Below, piece by piece: positions 55,131 to 59,669 of a DNA stretch of 59,669 nucleotides. The position numbers and the translations under genes were made by a program. Each line of letters starts with the position of its first letter. Positions within the stretch are counted from its first letter, which is position 1. The DNA is from a virus (Duplodnaviria; Caudoviricetes): the IMG/VR virus record IMGVR_UViG_3300027112_000002, positions 1-59,669 of that record; one strand, written 5' to 3'. The notes under the pieces were generated by a model. That model ran no database searches. It saw only the letters and a program-made list of their open reading frames with translations, and was not told where the DNA came from.

Positions 55131-55491
55131 TTGGGTCCTCCTCTTTACCATATCCGAATTCTGCGCCAAGGTTGGGAAGGTGGACGGTTATCTCTCCTTC
55201 AACCGGCTCCAGTGAGGGAAGGATATCGTCAGGCACGACCAACTCGCCTTCTTCAATGGGCGTGCCGGACAGCAGGTTGACCAGCCAATTCTGATATTCC
55301 TCGACCCGCTTGTCCTTCACGCCTTGCGCAATATTCAGGGCGGCGGTTTTTTGTCGTACGCCTTCTCCCACTTGCTCCACTCCCAGCATGGGGATGTAGG
55401 TCTTCTTGGTGTGGGCCGCATTCCAGTACTTATTGGCCCACACTTCGGCCTTAGCCGGGTTCAAACGGATGTTTTGCTTGGGTGTATCCAT
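55120..55491 (-). CDS. Hypothetical protein
   Basis: TAATG coupling. Confidence 0.65.
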   Translation of the reverse strand: MDTPKQNIRLNPAKAEVWANKYWNAAHTKKTYIPMLGVEQVGEGVRQKTAALNIAQGVKDKRVEEYQNWLVNLLSGTPIEEGELVVPDDILPSLEPVEGEITVHLPNLGAEFGYGKEEDPNAH

Positions 55492-55946
55492 TAATCTTCC
55501 TCCTCTTCAATAAAACCCATAATCTGGGTATCGATTAAATATTCTCCGAATGTGAATATGCCTTCATGGTAGCTCACGGTAAACGGTTCGAGGAAGTCAA
55601 ATACCTGTCCTCCGCTTAGGTAGTCCCCATCGCAGACTTCAAACGGCATGATGGAAAGCTGCCCTGTATCCACTCCGTAGGTGTTCCCGTGCTGGTCGTG
55701 GTATGTACCGTCTCCGTGGAGCGTGCCATGCACAAACCCCACTCGTCCGTTGTAGATGAATAGGCCGTCGTTGAAGTTGCGTTCATTCATGGGCAGACTT
55801 TCAAACTCTTCAAAATCTCCCATCATGTATCCAGTTGTTACAATCAGCCTATCCCAGTTTTCATCCTTCACGGCATAGCAGGGGTCGCCTATCCAGTACT
55901 TGCCAGCAGGAAAGGGGTGGTCATTGGTGTGATCATTTGGTCTCAT
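55491..55946 (-). CDS. DUF4241-like protein
   Basis: YWIGDPCY...GDGTY...GVDTGQL. Confidence 0.6.
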   Translation of the reverse strand: MRPNDHTNDHPFPAGKYWIGDPCYAVKDENWDRLIVTTGYMMGDFEEFESLPMNERNFNDGLFIYNGRVGFVHGTLHGDGTYHDQHGNTYGVDTGQLSIMPFEVCDGDYLSGGQVFDFLEPFTVSYHEGIFTFGEYLIDTQIMGFIEEEED

Positions 55947-56598
55947 TGTTGCCTCCTCGTTCCGGCATCCAAAGTCTGCGAGCCTTCTTGCCTGGGTCCT
56001 CCTGTGGGGGTTCTGCCAGTTTTGCTTTACGTTTGTCGTATTTAACTATCCTGTCCCCATATGTCTGCACATGTTCTGGATTATCCTTATCAAACAGGAA
56101 GACGGATATGTCACCATAGTAAATACCGTCATAGTAGATAAGGTCACCTTTGGTTGTGAGGAAGTCTATGGCCCCACCCACATTAGGGTCACTTAGATAT
56201 GCCATATGGAAGTATTCAATATCCAGGAATACTGGTCCCTGACTACCCCAATCTTCCAGATTTTGATCTGGGTCCTCCCTGCCATGATATAGCTCAATGG
56301 CCAGGCAGACGCGGGGCTTTTTGGCTTCCTGCTCTGCTAGAAATTCCTCATATTTGGCCATTATCTTGGGTTCCGCCTTGGCATAATCCATATCAACGAT
56401 ACGACTAGTTCCAAATAATGGAACGAATTCGCCCATGGTGGCGTCCTCCTGTCCTTCTTCGTGCAGGTAGTCTCCGTCCATGTCGTGCATGGGCAGCCCT
56501 ATGTCGTCCCCGTTTGACTCGTCATCAAACTCGTCACACACGTGGCCTTCGAGGTCCTCGAAAAACTTCTTACACCAACCGCACTGTTCCTCACTCAT
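55933..56598 (-). CDS. Acidic early protein
   Basis: GGAGGACCC RBS; LYHGREDPDQNLEDWG...YYGD. Confidence 0.7.
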   Translation of the reverse strand: MSEEQCGWCKKFFEDLEGHVCDEFDDESNGDDIGLPMHDMDGDYLHEEGQEDATMGEFVPLFGTSRIVDMDYAKAEPKIMAKYEEFLAEQEAKKPRVCLAIELYHGREDPDQNLEDWGSQGPVFLDIEYFHMAYLSDPNVGGAIDFLTTKGDLIYYDGIYYGDISVFLFDKDNPEHVQTYGDRIVKYDKRKAKLAEPPQEDPGKKARRLWMPERGGNNETK

Positions 56599-56849
56599 TT
56601 GGGTCCTCCTTCCTGTTTTCTGTACTCTGGTAACATAAACCATCTTTTCTTAAGTCCATAGACGCTTATGTAGCCGGGGATGGAAATACCGATTGTCCGA
56701 AGTCCCTTAAGCCTCCAATAGGTGAAATCGGGGCGGGAGCTAACGTGTACGTCCAGCTGGCCAATGGTGGAGAAGAATTCCTCCTTCTCCACTTCGACCA
56801 TTCCTCTGGTGACGGGATTGATGGGTTGGGGAATATCAGAATTTTCCAT
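56595..56849 (-). CDS. Hypothetical protein
   Basis: Tiled ORF. Confidence 0.6.
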   Translation of the reverse strand: MENSDIPQPINPVTRGMVEVEKEEFFSTIGQLDVHVSSRPDFTYWRLKGLRTIGISIPGYISVYGLKKRWFMLPEYRKQEGGPK

Positions 56850-57390
56850 AGTACCCCATCAGATGCCAAAATTCGGCCCAGGCCTTTTTACAGAAACCGC
56901 ACACGACCACTCGCTCCACCTTCCCATTAATATCGCTTCCGAAGGGGGAGTAGATCAAATTTTTATTCTGGCAGTAAGGACATTCGGTTTCGTCAATGTT
57001 TTGCAGGATGTACTGTTCATTGCTCATGGCGGGAGGGTCAAGCGGGGTTGGTTCCCCGTTTTCGTCCACTGCCCAGTCAAGCTGCTTGGTGGGGAGTTTG
57101 CCGGTTGGTAGACCCTCTTCCAATGTCAAGCTTTCCACCCATGCATGCCAGCTTTCGAAGGTTTTAGAAGCCAAAATCCATCCTTCGAGATTGGAGGTCA
57201 TCAGGGCGAATTGTCTAAGCGCCTGGGTCTTGGTCATCACATGCTGTCCGCTTGAGGGAGAGTTAAGGGGAGTGCGGAAGTGGACCATCACTTGATCTTC
57301 GTGGGTGTACCACTGCTCAACTCCCAGGGTTGCTTCATGAAGCAGCATGGCAATCAGTTGGGGAGAATTGGCCTTTGGTTCCTTATTCAT
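56836..57390 (-). CDS. Early protein with C-terminal zinc ribbon
   Basis: GGAGGACCC RBS; CPYC...CGFC. Confidence 0.7.
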   Translation of the reverse strand: MNKEPKANSPQLIAMLLHEATLGVEQWYTHEDQVMVHFRTPLNSPSSGQHVMTKTQALRQFALMTSNLEGWILASKTFESWHAWVESLTLEEGLPTGKLPTKQLDWAVDENGEPTPLDPPAMSNEQYILQNIDETECPYCQNKNLIYSPFGSDINGKVERVVVCGFCKKAWAEFWHLMGYYGKF

Positions 57391-57898
57391 CGGGTCCTCC
57401 TTGTTTAATCCATTCTGCCCATCGGATTTGGCTCCATCGAGACATAATCCAATCAATGCTCGCATTAAGGAATACATGCTTCTCTATGGCACTGGTGCGG
57501 TCCAAGATCGTGGGAGCAAGGGGTCGGGACATGAGTGGCTCATCTGTGTAGATAGCTACATGGTCATCAAGGGTTGGCCACCATGTTTGCTTTACACCCG
57601 TTTTCGTATTAAAGAATATGGCTACAGGCATCATCGATGCATCGTCTTCCTTAATTTCAGCTTCTTCGTCCATAGAGGCAAAGGCGTTAAAGTTTGGGTC
57701 CTCCTGTGCAGTTTCCTCGTCCAGTTCGTTCCTGTCCTCTGCATCGATTTCCTTAAATAGGCGGTTTTCCCAGTCCTTGTGCATGGTTTGCCAGTCACGG
57801 CCATCGGGAATATGAGGATGAAGGGCGTTTGGGTCCTCCCGTTCGGCATCCTTGTCCCTAAAGGAGTCAAACCTGTGGTGTGAACGTCCTACGCTCAT
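57383..57898 (-). CDS. Acidic early protein
   Basis: GGAGGACCC RBS. Confidence 0.7.
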   Translation of the reverse strand: MSVGRSHHRFDSFRDKDAEREDPNALHPHIPDGRDWQTMHKDWENRLFKEIDAEDRNELDEETAQEDPNFNAFASMDEEAEIKEDDASMMPVAIFFNTKTGVKQTWWPTLDDHVAIYTDEPLMSRPLAPTILDRTSAIEKHVFLNASIDWIMSRWSQIRWAEWIKQGGPDE

Positions 57899-58581
57899 CG
57901 GGTCCTCCTGCTGTGAATGGTGAGGATAAGGGGAGTGCTGATGGAAGTAAGGCTTTCCCCGTCCTTAACTGGGTAGACTGAAACCTCCACACAGCCGTCT
58001 TCAATCAGAAGATGGACATCCCAAACCTCTCCGTTGTCAAGCGTGACCGCGGACCACTCATCGTCCTCCATGAATTCAATGTCAAACCTCTCTGCAATCA
58101 AAGTCCCGCTTTTATAGGTGACATCGATAAAGAGTGACAAAACCCTCTGATGAACAAAGTACACAGCCCTAAAATCCCGCCGCAAGATGGCGTCCAGATA
58201 CGGCTCTGGGTCCTCCTGATAGACGTCCGTTTTAGCTACCACTGCCGTTTCCGGTCCGCGGTTAAGCAGAGCACACAATAGCTGAATTGACTCGTACAGG
58301 CTATTGAGATTGTCCGCTCCCTCTTCCATATCCGAAGGGCGGGGAGGAAAGATGTCCAGTGTCTTGCTGTCCGTCCGCCACTGGATGTCGAAAGGAGTGG
58401 TCTGGTCCAAAAAGTCACTTACCCTTTGCTGAGTAGAAAGGGAAACGCCCAGATTAAAGACCATCGTAACCTTGGCTTCCCGCGTCGGATAGGCTTGCCC
58501 TGGGTCCTCCTGCGGGGGATGGGAAGGAGAAGGAAGAACGGGTCCTCCTGTACTCCCTTTGTCCGTGCTTTTGTTTTTCAT
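57895..58581 (-). CDS. Early protein, first gene after promoter 58637-58666
   Basis: GGAGGACCC RBS. Confidence 0.7.
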   Translation of the reverse strand: MKNKSTDKGSTGGPVLPSPSHPPQEDPGQAYPTREAKVTMVFNLGVSLSTQQRVSDFLDQTTPFDIQWRTDSKTLDIFPPRPSDMEEGADNLNSLYESIQLLCALLNRGPETAVVAKTDVYQEDPEPYLDAILRRDFRAVYFVHQRVLSLFIDVTYKSGTLIAERFDIEFMEDDEWSAVTLDNGEVWDVHLLIEDGCVEVSVYPVKDGESLTSISTPLILTIHSRRTR

Positions 58582-58636
58582 TGGGTCCTCCTGTTTGACC
58601 AAAAAACGAATGGGGGCGTAGAATGCGCCATACCCG

Positions 58637-58666
58637 ATTATACCACGGGATTTAATGCGGTGTCAA
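58637..58666 (-). promoter_or_regulatory. Consensus sigma70-type early promoter
   Basis: TTGACA-18 bp-TATAAT with TG. Confidence 0.85.
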
Positions 58667-58703
58667 GGGGCTGGATGTCCGCATAGGAAAGGAGTCTTGA
58701 CTG

Positions 58704-58846
58704 GAAAAAAGAGTAAAAAACGGGGGATTGAACCCAAGGATGCCTCGATGGTTGCGCAGGGGCGCAAGCGAATGTCCGCTTGGTTTTCCCCGGTTTCTCC
58801 TTCGCAGCTTACCTAAGCGAAGAGCCGGTTTTAGGCCGGCTCTTCG
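58704..58846 (-). terminator. Hairpin (CGAAGAGCCGG/CCGGCTCTTCG) then a long irregular stem with U-runs; terminator and possible small RNA
   Basis: Inverted repeats by eye; poly-T on the minus strand at about 58704-58720. Confidence 0.5.
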
Positions 58847-58858
58847 TCCATTCCCCTT

Positions 58859-59059
58859 TTAGCTGTTTTCGTGCTCTTTGTCTTCCAGTAGGTCAACTAA
58901 GCGCGTCCTGTCCACTCTGGTGGTTTGTCGCTTGAACAAACCGCTTTCCTCTCGCATTCGTCGGGGAAGGGGTTTGCTGTCCTTCTCTTCGATTGCTTCT
59001 ACCAGTGCGTCTAACTCGTCGTCGCTTATTCGTTGTCCTTTGACCAGAATCCTTGCCAT
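58859..59059 (-). CDS. Small charged early protein
   Basis: AAGGAG RBS. Confidence 0.7.
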   Translation of the reverse strand: MARILVKGQRISDDELDALVEAIEEKDSKPLPRRMREESGLFKRQTTRVDRTRLVDLLEDKEHENS

Positions 59060-59216
59060 TGCCTACTCCTTTTGTCCGTCCGCTTCTTAGCGTCCGCGTC
59101 CGTGCGTGTCCACGGGGACGGGTATTCCTTACGGGTCCTCCCGTTGGGGGTTGTCGTTGGCGTACCCGAACCGCCTTCCTCTGGTCTTTCCCCGCTGTGA
59201 GGAAGGCGGATGCGCG

Positions 59217-59669
59217 TCAGCTAACGGCTGTGGCTAGGTCGGCCAGTGCTTCTTCGCTGGGCTGGAAGGAGACGGGGACGAATGTCGGCTTGTTGTAGTG
59301 GGCTGGGTCGATTGCCTTCTTCGCCTTGGGGGCTTTCTCTTTCGGCTCTTTGGCGACGCGGGGGAGGGGTTTCTTGCACTCCTTGCAACGCTTCACCTGA
59401 AATAGGTCGCTGGTCGCTACGCGCTCTTCGTGCCCGCAGTCCAGCAGGGCGACGATGGTCTGCTTGCCTTTGTGGTGGCCTTCGGTCTCGAAGACGAGCG
59501 TGCCGGCCTGTGCGTGCGGGTACTTAGCGACGATGGCTTCCTCGGTCAGGCGAGTGGGCTTCTTCTCGCGCTTGGCCTTAGGGGTGGTCTCCCCATCGGC
59601 TTGTGCTTCGGCCAGTGCCAGTGCTTCGGCTTCTTGGGTGTCCACTGCTTCGGCTTCGGTCTTGCGGTT
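59217..59669 (-). CDS. Origin-spanning Lys/Glu/Ala-rich early protein with CxH...CxxC zinc motif
   Basis: ORF track; LDCGH...RCKEC motif; true start at position 111 on the circle. Confidence 0.75.
   Translation of the reverse strand, partial: NRKTEAEAVDTQEAEALALAEAQADGETTPKAKREKKPTRLTEEAIVAKYPHAQAGTLVFETEGHHKGKQTIVALLDCGHEERVATSDLFQVKRCKECKKPLPRVAKEPKEKAPKAKKAIDPAHYNKPTFVPVSFQPSEEALADLATAVS
59571..59669 (+). repeat. Terminal direct repeat, copy 2
   Basis: Identical to 1-99. Confidence 0.95.

Larger units (their letters stand above)
54410..59141 (-). repeat. Dispersed oriented 9-mer GGAGGACCC, 14 copies here (3 more at 43959, 48372, 50942)
   Basis: Manual scan for gggtcctcc on the + strand. 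Confidence 0.9.

Noticed and set aside
58715-58790. tRNA gene (GGGTTCAATCCC resembles a T-arm)
   Set aside because: No convincing acceptor stem, D-arm or 7-nt anticodon loop
54410-59141. CRISPR array or attC-like cassette array
   Set aside because: The repeat is only 9 nt, irregularly spaced and mostly inside ORFs; no cas or integrase gene
59571-59669. Biological direct terminal repeat
   Set aside because: Exactly 99 nt (a common assembler k-mer) and it cuts through a gene; best read as circular overlap

Overview
The window is an apparently complete, circularly assembled tailed-phage genome of about 59.57 kb; bases 1-99 are repeated at 59571-59669. The layout is siphovirus-like. A rightward arm (5975-35091) carries the terminase, portal, head, tail, putative lysis genes and a LexA-like gene. 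A leftward arm (5.7 kb back through the origin to 35.07 kb) carries many small early genes plus replication and nucleotide-metabolism genes. The host is probably a Chloroflexota/Anaerolineae-type bacterium (inferred from the LexA N-terminal style, AGAAC-N4-GTTCT boxes, Pro/Thr-rich lipoproteins and no recognisable endolysin). Main points: (1) a 2-aminoadenine (Z-base) type cluster with a PurZ0-like synthetase, a Nmad1/MazG-like protein, a nucleoside-deoxyribosyltransferase-family protein, a divergent trimeric dUTPase-like enzyme and an atypical family A polymerase, but no HD-domain DatZ; (2) a 1113-aa portal fused to Zn-finger, DUF5661-like, intact Nudix and pseudokinase cargo domains separated by candidate prohead-protease sites; (3) a strand-biased 9-mer, GGAGGACCC, found 17 times by eye and concentrated in the early region; (4) three LexA boxes and a G-tract upstream of the strongest early promoter, together with a non-cleavable LexA-like gene; (5) glycosyltransferase and methyltransferase genes inside the head module. 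No integrase, tRNA or CRISPR array was seen. All family calls come from motif recognition, not database searches.
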